Source: the human T2T-CHM13v2.0 reference genome, Homo sapiens. Taken from it: a stretch of DNA of 64,000 nucleotides. Shown here piece by piece: positions 39,724-55,100 of the stretch. How positions within the stretch are numbered: position 1 is the first letter of the stretch; each line of letters starts with the position of its first letter. A model generated the notes under the pieces. It saw only the letters and a program-made list of their open reading frames with translations. It did not search any database and was not told the DNA's origin. The position numbers and the translations under genes are program-made. The DNA lies in NCBI RefSeq assembly GCF_009914755.1, contig NC_060948.1; one strand, 5' to 3'.

Positions 39724-42700
39724 CCTTTTCCCTGCTCTCAGGTGAAATTTTAACATATATCTTAGTTAAGCACACGTGCACAAAATAATAACCCTCATAC
39801 TTGGACTCACACAGTAGAAATATTTTGACTCTCAGAGCCATGGGTAAAGTCCTGGATTTTTCACTTTTATAAACTTCATGAAGGATTATAACACTCAGAT
39901 ATATCATATGAAGTCTTAATGACAAAAAGTGTCAAACAGAGAACAGAAACAAGGGGCAGATGGGACTCTTGTATGCACATCTAGCTGGCATGATTGTCAT
40001 TCTCACACAGAACAGGGCCTAGGAATGAGGCACTAAATCTCACACATAAAAAGCAGTTGAAGGTTGAAATAATTACTCTAATTCAGGAATCTGATTCACT
40101 GGTGGTTTTGTAACATTTGAACCATGATTCAGCACACTGTGGTGCTCTGACTCCCCTGCTGGAACACAGTGTTCAAGTGGGATTGGGGATCTTATACATG
40201 GATCTGGTTCCAGGCTGAGACTGTGACTCTTCTACTTCAACCCAATGCATAGGAACAGTTGACTCACATAAACAAAACCAGGACTTGTGTGGGATGTGAA
40301 ATTTATTTCTGAACCTTTCTGATAGTGTGATTGGAACAAGATAACTTTCCCAACACATGACTAATATGACTCTTTTCTAGGCCCAGACCATGGAAGAAAT
40401 TGGGCCATATGTGGAACAAGCGACTAAGCAATAGATCCCTTGTTTCATGGCTCTGCCTACAATGGGAACTGTTATATATCATTGGGACCATCACCCAGGT
40501 GATGTGCATTATCTGCATAAAACTCATAAAACTACCTACAAAAAAATTGTGTTTTATATCTAGATCCATCACATAAGTGTTGTGGCTCCCTGCTACTGTT
40601 TTGGCCCTTCACTTACAGTGCATTGTGACACATAACCATGTACTGTACCCAGTTGATGTAATTCTTCTTTTTGGGTTCTGCTAACAGGAAGCATTGTAAC
40701 ATGTCACTTGGATCAGAACCTAGGTGGTGTTTCTTGGCTTTTGCCTGTACCTTGACCACAGGGAGATTGTGACATAAAGCTGGGCCCAGCACTAATGTGA
40801 GGCCACTCTCTGGCTTCTGTACTGCACTGAACAGACATTGTGACATATATCTAGGCCAATGGCCTTGGTGAAGTGAGGCTCCTCTCTTACCAAAGTTCCT
40901 GCCAAGAGAGGGGGTTTTGATATGTCCGTGAAATTAGCATCCAGGTGATGTGACTCTTCCACCAGGTCCTTCCCACAAGGTGGATTGTGACATCTCACTG
41001 GAACTGCACCCACGTAGGTGATGAAGCTTGCTTTTTTTTTTTCTCTTGCCACAAGTGGTATTGTGCCATAAAGCAATGATTATAACAGAAACCTAATAAC
41101 AATTAATATGCCTGGAGCCTAGGACTTGTGCAGGATGGTGGCTGTTACTATTAAGCCTTTCCACAGGTGTAATTGTGACATATACCTTTGCCCAACTACT
41201 GACTTATTTAATAATTCTGCCAAAGTATAGCCCATAAATGGGATTTTGACAAACACATTGGCCAAGCACTTTGGTAGTTTGACTGAGGTACCTTAGAAAT
41301 GTCCTCAGGGGAGATTGTAACTGATTCTTGGATGCTTCATCTACATGACTCTCCTCTTTTGCCTGTACCCTGCTTCCTTTGGTAATTGTAGCTCTTCTAA
41401 ACACTGCATCCAAATGATATGACCCCTTGCCTGGGCCCTGTCAACAATAGGCATTTTGACATATTTTTGTGCCCATCATTTAGGTGATATTACTCTCCTC
41501 TCCTGCCTGGACACTGCCCACAAGGCACATTGTGCCACACAGCTGGATCTATCACACAAGTTTTGTGAGATTTCTGATAGGGCACAGAATACAAAAAAAT
41601 TTTTTGAAATAATTCTAGCCCAGCATTTAGGTGATGTGGTTGTTCTGCCTGCTTCATAACCACAGAGGGAATTGTAACATATACCTAGGCATGGCTCACA
41701 GGCATGATAATGACTCTCATATGTGGACTCAGAAAATAGAGAATATTTTCACCCTTATAACTAAGTTTAGGGACACGTTTGATGTCCTGGATCTCCTCCT
41801 TGTACAAAGGTCACAAAATATTACAACACTCACATACATTTTACAAAGTCTTTGGACTATACAGTCAGAGTCAAATTGGAGCTAAGCACCCAGGTGAAAT
41901 TTTGAGTCTTGTATACCCACCCAGCTGAAGGTAAGGACTGTTATCATCTCACATGGATGAAGGCAACTGTCACACATGAAAACAGGACATGTGTGGTATT
42001 GTAAATCTCATCTTTGGAATTTTATGACAGTGTGATTGTGATATAAATGTTTGCCAAGCACTTGTGTAATTTGACTCACCAGACTTGTTCCAGCCCATAT
42101 ATGGGATTATGATTCCTACCGAGGCCAACATCGAGGTGATATGACTCTCCTACCTGGTCATATCTCTCAGTAAAGATTGTGAGATATCACTGGATCTAGC
42201 ACCCTGGTGATGTTACATAGTTGCCTGTGCCAGGCTCACTAAAATTATTGTGACATATTTCTCTGTGCACTTCATAGTTGATGTAAGTCTTCTCTCTGAA
42301 ATGGGCACTGTACAACAGAAGGATAGTGACACACTGCAAGAACAGGCACACAGGCAAGGATATTCCTTTGCAGAGGATCCCCAAAGGAGGGCATTGTGAC
42401 ATATCTCTGGGCCTATCATCTAGGTTATGTGGCTTTACTGCTTGGGCCCTTCCAAACTTGAGAGTTACATATTTCTAGGCAAGGCACACAGGTGATGGTA
42501 TTCTTTTGCCAGGGCTCTGCCTCATAGTGGACATGGTGACCTATCTCTGGGCCTATCACCTAGGTGAAATGATCCCCTCCTTGAGCCCTACACGTATGGA
42601 GCATTGTGGTATAATCAGAAAACATACACCTAGTATGATGTTTCTCTCTTGGCTGGGTGCTGCATTAAGAGAGCCTTTGATGTATCTCGGGACCCACCAC

Positions 42701-45700
42701 CCAAGTGATGTGGCTATTCTGCCTGGTTTTTGCCCACAAGTCACAAAGTGACATATTCCTAGGGAAGCACGTAGGTGATGGGCCTCTCCTCTTCTACATG
42801 AGCCCTGCCTACTGGGGACATTAGGACATATCTCTGAACCCATGACCTAAGTGATGTGACTCTCCTTTTCTGCCCGATCATTCACAATAGGAGGATTTTG
42901 GCACATGGCTGAGCCCAGTACTTAGGATATGTGACTCTCTCCTTTTACCCAAACCATGCCCACAGGAAAGAAAGTTTGACTTATTGCATTGCCCAGCACC
43001 CAGATGATGTTAACCATCTACCTGGAATCTGCATAAAGAGCTAATTATGATATATTACATATTGCTGGTCCCAGTACCCTTATGATGTGACTTTCCTGCT
43101 TGTGCTGGAGCTACTAAGATATGTTGATGTATCTTGGGCATACTGTGCTGGTATTTTGGCTCTCATAACTTGGCTGAGTCTTTTCCCATATGCAGGATTG
43201 TATCATATTGCTGGGTCCAGCATTCAGCTAATGTGACTCAATTTCCTATACCCTGCCTAGAGAAGACATTGTGAAGTATTTCCTGGCACAGCATCAAAAT
43301 GTCATTACCCTCCTGCCTAGTGTTTTTCACACGTATGTAATTATAATATATAACTGCTTCAGTTCACAGCCATGATGATCAAACTTATATTGGGATTCAG
43401 CCAATAGAAAATATTTTGCCTTTCATTGTTAGGCTTGTGGAAATAGGTAAGGTCCTGGGTTGCATGTTTATACCAAGCTCAAGGAAGCTTACACCACTAA
43501 ATTACATTGTATAAACTCTTTTGTGGTAGAAATTTTCATAACATGAGCCAGCAAAAAGTTCAGATTGGAAGTCTCTACTACACCCCCGGGTGAAATTAGA
43601 AGTTGCAACCATCCCACATTTAGAAAACCCACTGTTGAGGTTCTGAGTTTAAAACCCTCACAGGCGGGTTTTTCATATGTCACTAAAAGGAACTTCCAGG
43701 TGATGTGACTCTTCTTCCAGGGTCCTGACCACCAGGTGGATTGTCACATCTCACTGGAACTGCACCCACATAGGTGGTGTGACTTTCTTGCCTTCTCTCT
43801 TACTACAGGAGATATGGTGTCATATACCTGAGACCATAATAAAAGACTAATAAAAACTCATATGTCTGGAGCCAGGACATGTATAGGATGGTGAGCCTTA
43901 TTTTCAAACCTTTCCACAAGTGTAATTGTATGTACACCTTTGTCTAGTGCCTGTGAAATTTAACACTTCCACCTAGGTACGTCCCACAAATGAGATTTTG
44001 ACAAAACTTGGGTCACGGACATTGGTGATTTGACGGTGCTACCTTACCAATGTTTTCAGGGGGACTAGCCACATATTTCTGGACCCATTATCTGGGGTAT
44101 ATGACTCTCCTTTTTGGCATGTACCCAGCTTACTTTAGTAATTGTAGCATTTCTAAACATTGCATCCAAATGACATGACACTCTCTTCTGAACCTTCTCA
44201 ACAAGAGGAATTTTGACATATTTTTGGGTTTAGCTTTTAGGTCAACCACATTGGGTGATGTAACTCTCCTTTCTGGTATAGGTCTTGCACAAAGGAAGGA
44301 TAGTGACATATTGCAAAGCCAGGCACACAGGTGGGGATATTTTTTTGCCAGAGCCATGCCCAAAGGAGGGTATTGTGACATATCTCTGGTAGTATCACTT
44401 AGGTTATGCCGCTCTTCTACTTGGTCCCTGCCAACCTGGAGAGTGACATATTTCTAGGCCAGGCACACAGATGATGGTACTCTTTCCCCAGGGCTATGCT
44501 TCAAAAAGGACATTGTGACATATCTCTGGCCCTATCACCTAGTTGATATGACTCAATGTTTGGGCCTCACCCACAGAGAGCATTGTGATACGAAAGTGAA
44601 ACCTGCACCAAGGTGATGTAACTCTTTCACTTTGTTTCTCTTCTAAGGGGGACCTGTGACACATCTTAGCACCCAGCACCTAGGTAATGTGGCTCTTCTG
44701 CCTGGTTTCTGCCCATGTGTTAGATTGTGACTTATACATAAAGAAGCACATAGGAGATACTACTCTCCTTTTCTTTCTTAGTTCTGCCTACTGAGGACTT
44801 TGGGACCTATCTCTGACCCCATGACCTAAGTGATATGACTCTCTTCTCCTGTCACCCTTCAAAATGGTGGGGGTGGTGGTGGTTGTGAACATATTGCTGA
44901 GACCAGCATTTAGGTCATATGATTCTACTCTTTATTCTGAACCATGCACACAAAGAGCAATTTTGACCTATTGCACTCAGGTGATGTTACTCTTCTGCTA
45001 CTGTCCTGAATAAAATGAGAATTATTGCAGAATGGTGGCCCCAGAACCCTGATGATGCTACTGTCCTGCTGGTTCCAGAGCCACAGACACAATTTTTACA
45101 GGTCTTCAGCTTATTCTCTAGGTGTTTTGGCTCTCATCCCTTGGTTAATCTTTTTCTCAAGAAAAATTGTGTAATATTGTTGGGCCCAGCTCCCAGTTAA
45201 TATGACCCTCCCCCTATATTCTTCCTAGGGAAGGCATTGTGACAAGTTGCTTACCACATAACCTAAGTGATGTTATTATTTTTCCTAATTTTTTTGTCCA
45301 CAAATGAGATTATGACATATACTTTGCTCCACTTCGCAGGCATGATGGTCAAACTTATATTGGGATTCAACCAATAGAAGATATTTTGCCTCTAATCACA
45401 AGGCTTAGAGCAATAGGTAAAATCCTGGTTTGCATATTTGTACCAAACTCAGAGTAGTTTACAACACTAATTAGTATTGTACAAACTCCTTTGGTGGTAC
45501 AGAGAGTTTCATAACAAGGCCTAGCAAAAAGTTAAGATTGTAACTCTCAATTAGACACCCAGGTGAAAGTAAAAGTTGTCACCATCCCACTTTTACAAAG
45601 CCCATTGTTGAGGAACTGAGTTCAACAGGTAAAAACACTTCAAATATGGAATTGTGACTCTTATTTGTGGATCTGGCCACAGGTTCGATCGTGTCTCATT

Positions 45701-48700
45701 TTCAGAGCCAGCTCAAAGCATAAAAATAAGTCTCATTCCTGAGCTCAGCCTAAATGAGAGATGTTGACTATCACACCTGAGTTTAAGGCACTATATAAGT
45801 TTGAGAGTCTATATGAGTGTGTGGGCCTCAGTGTAGTTTGCAACTCTCATGCATACTATGTAAGGCCCTCCGATGTTGTAGAGGGCATCATAAAATGATG
45901 CAGCACACACATGACAATGTGACTCATATACACACCAAGATCACTGTTCAAGGTGTCACCCTAAAATATGAGGAGATTTTGTCATATCATTAGGCCTAGT
46001 ACCCAGGTGTTAAAACTTTGGCTCCAATTGTTTTCCATGTGTGCATTGTGACATATCATTGGGACAGAATCATAATAATGTGACTCTTCTGCTGGGGTCC
46101 TGCCAAGTAGGGATAATATCACATATCTCTGAGCCTATCTGATAGGTGATTTTTCTATTTTGCCTCTGATTTGCCCCCAGGGAACATTGTGACATCATCG
46201 GGGTAACATCTAGGAAATGTCACTCTTCTCTCCTGCCTACGTCCTACCCACTAAAGGAATTGTGACATACCGATGAGTGGAAAACCTAGGCAGTGCAACT
46301 CTTCTCTGTATTCTGAAGTTGGCCAAAACAGGGGATTGTTACATATTGCTGAGCCCAGCACCAAGATGGTGTTACTATCCTCTTTTTCTTCAACCCTGTC
46401 TACAGTGGACATGGGACCATATTACTTGTGGCTGTACCCAGGTGATGTGACTTTTCTGACTTGGCCCTGCTTGCAAAGGAGATTATAATGTTTCCTGAGC
46501 TTGGCATCCATGTGTTGAGACTCTCCTGTGATATTTCTGCCCACAGGTGAAATTGTGACATATAGCTGCATTCAGCTACCATGCACAAATATAACTATCA
46601 TACCTCGACCCAGAAAGGGAGACATTTTGATTCTCATAGCCAGTCTTATGGCCATAAGTAAAGTAATCAGTCTCCTAATTGTGTACATTTCACAGAGGAT
46701 TATGACACTCAGGCATATCATGTAAAGCGTGAGTGGTACAAAGAGTGTCATAACAGGGAACAACAATCAGATGCTATTGTCACTATTGGATGCACACCCA
46801 GATGACCTGATTGTCATTCTCTCACAAGAATAGGGCCTACAAATAACGTACTAGATCTCATGAAAAAAAGCAGTCGAAGTTTGAAATTTTTTCTCTCATA
46901 AATAAATCTGACCCAAGGATCCTTTTGTGATGCATGAATCAGCAGACCTGTGAAGCTGTGACTCTCCTCTTAGAACACAATCTTCAAGTGGAATTGGCAT
47001 CTTATACATGGATCTTGTGCATTGTTGAGATTGTGACTCCTCTGTTTTGATCCAAGCCACTGGATGTGTTGACTCACACACGCAAAGCCAAGACTTGTGT
47101 GGGACTGGGAAATGTATTTCTGAATATTTCCTAGTGTGTGATTAGGACATAAAAGTTATCCCCACTCCTGAATAATTTAACTCTCCTTTTTTGGCCATGA
47201 GGACGGATGAACTTGTGACATATGTGGAACATACAACTAAGCAAAGGTGCCTGGACCTGCCTACAAATTGCACATTTACTTATCACTGGGACCAGCACCC
47301 AGGTGAGGTAAATTATTTGCCTTATCTCTGCCTATAAAAGGCATTGTGGCTCATATCTAGGTCTATCATGTAAGTGATGTCACTTCTACTTCCTTGGCCC
47401 TCCACTTATGGTGCATTGTGACACAAAACTGGGTACTGTACCCAGGTGATGTGACTCTCCATTTTGGGTTCTGTCAACAGGAAGCTTTGTAAAGTATCAC
47501 TTGGCTCAGCACATAGGTCATGTTTCTCCTCTCTTGCCTCACCCTGACAGCAGGGGAGATTGTGACATATTAATAAACCCAGCACCAAAGTGAGGTCAGT
47601 TTCATACCTTGGTTTTGCACCAGCAGCCATTGAGACACATATATATAGCCAATTGCCTAGGTGAAATAAGTCTCCTCAACTTCTTAAGGCCTGCTCACAC
47701 AAGGAATTTTGATATATCACTAAAACCAGTAGCCAGGTGAAGTGACTCTTCTTCCAGAGTCCTGGACACAAGAAAGATTGTGACATCTCACTGGATCAGC
47801 ACCCACCCAGGTGATGCGATATTTTTGCTTGCTCTCTGCCCACAGATGATATTGTGCCATATACCTGAGGCCAAATAAGAGTACTAATCATGACTCTTAA
47901 ACCTTAAGCCAGGTCATATACAAGAGGGTGATTCTCATTCCTGAAACTTTCCACCTGTGTCATTGTGACATAAACTATTTCCCAGTTCCCAAGAGACTAA
48001 ATAATCCTGCCTACGTGTGGCCCACAAATTAGATTTGGATATATACCTTGGCTGAGCACCTTGGTGATTTGACTCTCCTATATTTACGGTATCCTCAAGA
48101 AGGATTGTAACATGGCTCTGGACCCATCATCTAGTTATCTAATTCTCCTTTCCTGCCTGGATACTGCTTCCAATGGGGATTGTACCATTTCTAAGCACTG
48201 CATCCAAGTGATCTGACTCTTTTGTCTGGTCCTTTCAACATGCGACATTGTGTCATATCTCTGGGCCTAGCATTTAAGTGATATGAGTCTCTTTTTGTGT
48301 CTGGACACTGCCAACAAGGGGCATTGTGCCATACATCTGGGTGTAACTCCCAAGTTATGCAACTTTGCTGACAGAAACTTGCCAACAAGGAGAATATTGG
48401 AATATTTCTGGCTCAGCATTTGTTGTACTTGACTGTTGTGCCTATTTCATTGCCACTGATTAAATTGTTACACATACCTAGGCACAACTCACAGGCATGA
48501 TAATAACCCTCATATGTGGACCCCAGAAATTGGAGTAATTTTAAGTTTCATAACTTCGTTCAGAAACAGGAGTGAATAAATCACTTTCTTTTAAGAAAGG
48601 ACAAAGAAGACTTTAACAGCCCTTGGCTTGTGCTGAGAGTGTATATATAATGGAACCCAGTAGGAAGGTGAAAGTGTGAGTCTCATATGCACACCCAGCT

Positions 48701-51700
48701 GACAGTAAGGACTGTCACTGTCTCACATATCTGAAGTCAAATGTCACTCATGAAAATAGGACATGTGTGGTATTTTAAATCTCATCCTGGTAATTTTCTG
48801 CCACTGTGTCTGTGATATAAATCTTGTGCTTGCTGGCCAAGCACTTGTGTGATTTGACTCTTCAGACTTGTTCCAGATCAATATGTTATTGTGAAATCTA
48901 CCTGGGCCAACCTCTAGGTGATGCGATGTTTTTGCTCAATCCCTGCTCTCAGTAAGAATTGTGACGTATCACTGGATCCAGCACTCAGGTCATGTTACAT
49001 TTTTGCCTGAGTCATGTGCACAGATATCACTGGCACTTATCACTGTGTCAACCACTTAGGTGACATAACTCTACACACTAGAATGGACCCTGCACACAGT
49101 GGGGGATAGTAACATATGGCTGTGTCAGGCAAAGAGGTGACAGCACTCTTTTGCGAGGGCCCTGTCCTTAAGATGACATTTGACAAATCTCTGGACCTAT
49201 CACCTAGGTGAATTTGCTCTCCTGCTTGGGTCCTGCTTACTCAAATAGTGACATATTGCTAGGCCAGTCACACAGGTGATGGTGCCCTTTCACTAGGACC
49301 ATAACTTAAGGAGGACATTGTGACATAGCTCTGCACCTATCAGCTAGATAATGTGACTCCCTGCTTGGGTTCTGCCCACATTGAACATAAGGGTAGAACC
49401 TGAACTCATTTGTTGTAATTCTCTAGCTAGGGTCCTGTCTTAAGGGAGGCTTGTGACATATCTCTAGACCAGCATCAAAGTGATGTGACTCTTCTGCATG
49501 GTTTCACCTAACACGTTAGATTATTTCATAAACCTAGGGAAGCATCTACGTGATATGACTCTTCTCTTATGCCTGAGTCCTACCTACCTGGGACATTGGA
49601 CCATATATCTGAGCCTGTGTCTTATGTAATGTGACTCTTTTCTTCTGCAGGTTTTATTTTTTTTATTTTTATTTTTTTTTACAATTGGTCAATGTGACCT
49701 ATTGCTAAGCCCAATAATTATGTAATATGACTCTTCTTTTTTTTCCCGAACCATGACCGTAAAAAGGAATTTTGACCTATTGCTGGGCCCAGCACTGAGA
49801 TGGTGTTCCTTTTCTGACTGGGTTCTGCATAAAGATATAATTATGGCATATTGCTAGGACACACACTCTGATGATGTAACTCTCCTGCCTCTGCTGGAGC
49901 AACAGAAAGTATTTTTACATATCTTGGGCCAATTCTGTAGGTGATTTGCTCTCATCATTTGTCTGGGTTTGATTTATCCACGTTTGGGATTGTGTCATGT
50001 TGCTGGGTTCAGCACCCAGATATTGTAACCCGCATTTCAGACCCTGTGTAGAGAGGGCAATGTGACTTATTGCTTGGCACAGAATGTAAGTTGTGCTACT
50101 CTGCTGCTAATTTTTTTCTACAAATGAGATTATGAAATTTACATTGCTTCAATTCAGAAGTGTGACTATCAAACTGAAATTGGAATTCCACCAATAGCAG
50201 ATATTTTGCCTCTCATTTCTACACTTAGAGTAATAGGTAAATTACTATTTACCTATTAAATTACAATTAAGAGTTGCAAATCTGAACAAAGCTAACAGAA
50301 GTGTAAAACACTGACTCATATTCTATAAAATCCTTGCGTGGTACACAGAGCTTTATAAAAGGGCCCAGGAGATGGTTAAAATCATGATTCTTGATTACAC
50401 ATGCAGGTGGAGCCAATGTTGTCCCCATCTCATGTTTACAAATCCCACTGCTGAAGCCCTGAGTTTAAAATGTAAATAAAGTAAAAAGATGGAATCGTGA
50501 GTTTCATATGTGGATGTTGTTACAGGTGAGATGGTGACTTATTTCTGGACCCAGATCAGGGGCATAATAATGGGTCCCCTGTCTAAATCCAGCTAATAAG
50601 AGAGATGTGGACTATCATAACTGGATTTAAAGCAATATGTAAAATTGTGAGTTAATATCAGCATGTAGTTCTCATAGTAGATTGCAAGTCTCATGCATAC
50701 CAAGCCTTCAGATATGATAGAGTGTGTCATATGATGACCCGGAACACACGTGACATTGTGACTCTTATATACACACACCTAGCTAACAGTCAAAGGTGTC
50801 ACCCTAACACATGAAGAGATTGTGTCATATCACTAGGCCTAGTACCTCTAGGTGTTGAGAACTTTTGGCTTACATTCTTTTCCATGGGTGCATTGTGAAA
50901 TATCTCTGGGTTAGATTTATAATAATGTCACTCTTCTGCTTGGACCCTGCCAAACAGCAGATATTGTCACATATCTTTAGTTCTATCAGCTAGGTCATGT
51001 GTCTCTCCTGCCAGTTCCCTGTCCACTGGGAATACTGGGACATAGCTCTTGATATTGCATTAGGTAATGTGAATCTCCTCTCCTGTCTGGATCCTGCTCT
51101 CTGAAGAAATTGTGACGTACCACTGAGTCCCTGGATCAGAACCCAGATGATGAGACTCTTCTGTCTTGTCTCTGTCCAAAGGTGAAATTGGGACATACAC
51201 CTGGATTCAGCTCATATGCCCAATAATAACTCTTATAACTAGACACAGCCATGGGAGGTGTTTCAACTCTCATAGCCAGTCTTATCAACAAAGGTAAAGT
51301 CCAAGATCACCCACCTGTAATAATTCACAGGAAAGTATGTTATTTAGGCATATCACATAAAGCCTGAGTGGTACAAAGGGTGTGATAACAGTCCCCAGAA
51401 ACCAGGTGTTACTGTGACTCTTGGATTCACACCCAGCTGACATGATTGTTATTCTCACACATTAACAGCATCTACATATGAGGTACTAAATCTCACACAT
51501 ATAATCAATGGAAGCTTGAAATTGTTACTTCCATACATGAATCTGATCCACAGGTTGTTTGGTGACTTTTGAACCATGATTCAGTGAACTGTGGTGCTGT
51601 GAGTCTCCTACTGGAACACCATCTTCAAGTGGGACTGGGGCTCTTATACATGGATCTTGCTCATTGTTGAGATTATGACTCTTGTACTTAGACCCAACTG

Positions 51701-51912
51701 ATAAGAAGGGTGGACTTTTGTCAATATCTGAGTGTTCTGACTTTCTACATCCAGGGCACGGTTGAAATTGTGACACACATGCAGCACACACTTATGCAAT
51801 GGATGACACTTTCTTTGGCCATGTGACAAAGGCACTTTTACATGTCACTGCGACCATCACACAGCTGATGTGAGATCTTATCCTGACCCCTGCCTAAGAA
51901 GAGTACTGTGGC

Positions 51913-52191
51913 TTTTTTGTTTTCTTTTATGTTTTGCTTATTTTTTTTTGAGATGGAGTCTCACTCTGCTGCCCAGGCTGGAGCACGGTGGAGCGATCTC
52001 AGCTCACTGAAAGCTCTGCCTCCCAGGTTCACGTCATTCTCCTGCCTCAGCCTCCCAAGTAGCTGGGACTACAGGTGCCCACAACCACACCTGGCTATTT
52101 TTTTGTTTTGTTTTGTATTTTAATGGAGATGGGGTTTCACTGTGTTAGCCAGGATGGCCTCGATTTCCTGACCTCGTGATCTGCCTGCCTA
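51913..52191 (-). mobile_element. AluY-like element, 5'-truncated by ~45 nt, no clear TSD
   Basis: aagctctgcctcccaggttcacgtcattctcc and gtgttagccaggatgg are AluY-type diagnostics. Confidence 0.92.
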
Positions 52192-55100
52192 GGTGCATTG
52201 CATAAGTGATGTAACTTCCTTCTACTACCTTGGCCCTGAACTCGCAATGCATTGTGAAACATAACTGGGCACTGCACCCAGGTGATGTGACTCTTTTTTG
52301 TGGGGGCTTTTTAACATATCCCATGGCTCAGCACCTGGGTAATGTTTCTTCTCTCTTGCCTGGGCCCTGAACACCAAAGAGATTGTGACATATTGCTGAA
52401 TGCAGCACCAAGATTAGGTGACACTTCTGCCTTGGTTCTTCACATAGTGGCCACTGTGACACATATTCATGCCAATTACCAAGGTGAAGTTTGTCTACTG
52501 TTCTTCCTAAGCCTTGCCCACAAGGGGGATTTGCATATATCACTGAAACCAGCATCCAGGTGAAGAGACTCTTCTCCCACAGTCCTGCCCACAGGTAGGA
52601 TTGTGACATTTCACTGGACCAGCACCCACACAGATGATGTGACTTTCCTTTCTTCTCCCTGCCAGAGGTGATACTGTTCCATATACCTGAGACCAGACCG
52701 AAACCCTAATAATGACAATTGTACCTGGAGCCAGGACACATGCAAGGTGGTGACTTTCATTTCTTAACCTTTCCACAGTTGTTTTTGTGACATATGCCAT
52801 TGTCCAGCTCCTATGTGATTTAATAACCATGCCTACTTATAGCCCACAGATTACATTTTGATGTAAACCTATGCCAAGAACCTTGGTGATTTGATTCCCC
52901 TGTCTAAAAGTGACCTCAGAGGGGATTGTAACATATATCTGTACCCATCATCCAGGTTATGTGACTCTCCTCTCCTGTCTGAACCCTGCATCCAGTGAAG
53001 ACTGTAGAATTTCTAAACATGGCATCCAAATGACATGACTCTCTGGCCTGGGCCTTTCAACAGGAGGCATTGTGACATATCATTGGGTCAATCATTTGTT
53101 ATATGACTCTCCTCTCCTGCCTGGACTTTTTCCTCAAGGGCCATTTTGCCATAGAACTTTGCCTAGCACCCAAGTTTTGTGAAGTTTCTGTTAGGGTCTT
53201 ACCTTTAAAGAAAATATTGAAATATTTCTGGCTCAGGATTTAGGTGAGGTGTTTGTCCTGCCAGTTTAATAACCAGAGAGAGGATTGTGACCTATACCTA
53301 GGCACAGCTAACAGGCATGATAATGACTCTCATATGTGAACGGAAACAATAGGAGAAATTTTGACTCTAATAACTATTTTTGGGACATGAGTGTTGTTCA
53401 GGTTTACCTTCTGGTAAAAAGGTCACAGATCATGACAACACCCACACATGATATCCCACCTTTGGTTTGTATAAAGAGTGTCATAACAGGTCCTAGCCCA
53501 CAGAGAAAATTGTGAATCTTGTATGCACCCTCAGTTGACAGTAAGGACTATCATCATAACAGATGGATGAAAGCAGCTCTCCTACAGGTAAACAGGACAC
53601 GTGTGTTATTTTACATCTCATCCCTAGAATTTAATTCCATCGTTATTCTGGCATAAAATCTTGCCAAGCACCTGTGTGATTTCACTCTTCAGACAGTTTC
53701 CAGCCTACATATGGAATTTTAATATCTACCTGAGTCAAACTTGAAGTAATGTGACTATTGTACACACTATTGTACTGAGGCCCTGCTCTCAGTAAGATTG
53801 TGACATCACTGAATCCCCACCCAGGTGATGTCATATTCTTGTGACATATCTCTGTGCCTATCACTTAGAAGACAATACTCTCCTCTTTTTTATGGACCCT
53901 GCACACAGGGCAGAATAGTGACTTATTCCTAGGCCAGGCACAGAAGTGATGAGTTTTTTTCCAGGGCCATGCCCAAAAGAGGGAATTTTGACATACCATA
54001 AAGGCCTATTATGGAGATGATATGGCTCCTCTCCCGGGATCCGCCCACTTGAATAATAACATATTGTAACATATTTCTGTGTCCATCTCATAAGTTATGT
54101 AACTCTCTTCTCTAAAATGAGCCCTGAACAAAGGAAAGATAGTGACACATTGCAAGGCCATGGACACAGGGAAGGGTACTCTTTTGTCTGAGACATGTCC
54201 ACAAAAGGATATTGTGACATGTCTCTGGGTCTATCTTTGGGTTATGTGGCTTTTCTGCTTGGGCCCTGCCAACCTTGACAATGATATATTTTAGGCCATA
54301 CACACAGGTGATGGTACACTTTTGCCAGGGCTATGCTTCATAGAGGTCATTGTGACATATCTCTGGGCCTATCATCTAGGTGAAGTGACTCCCTCCTTGG
54401 GCCCTGTGTACATGGAGGCCACACGGAGCATTGTGGCATAAACAGAGAACCCGCACCTAACTATCTTTGCTGGGTGCTGCCCTAAGAGAACCTTGTGAAA
54501 TATCTCAGAACCCAGCACTCTGGGGTTGTGGCTCTTCTGCATAAGTTCTGCCCATATTTTACCCTGTGACATATTTCTAGGGAAGCACATAGGTGATATG
54601 ACTCTCCTTGTTTGCCTAAGCCCTGACTACTGGGGACATTGGGACGTATCTCTGAGCCCATGACCTAAATGATGTGACTCTCTTTTTCAGCCTGGACCTT
54701 CACAATAGGAGGATTTTGGCACATTACTGAGCCCAGCACTCAGGTTATGTGACTCTCCTCATTTTCCCAAGCCATTCCTGCAAAACAGGAATTTTGGCCT
54801 ACAGCAGGGCCCGGCACCCAGATGATGTTACTCTTCTGCCTTGCTTCTGCATATAGAGGAACTTATGGAATATTGCATATTGCTCGGCCCAGGACCATTG
54901 TTATGTGACTTTCCTCCTGTGCTGCAGCCACCTAACGTATTTTGACATATCTTGGTCTCTTCATGCAGGTGTTTTGGTTCTCATAACTTGGCTGGGTTTT
55001 TTCCACATGTGGGATGTTGTCATATTGCTGGGTCCAGCATGCAGTTAATATGACCAAATTCCCTATGCCCTGCCTAGAGAAGACATTGTGAAATATTGCT

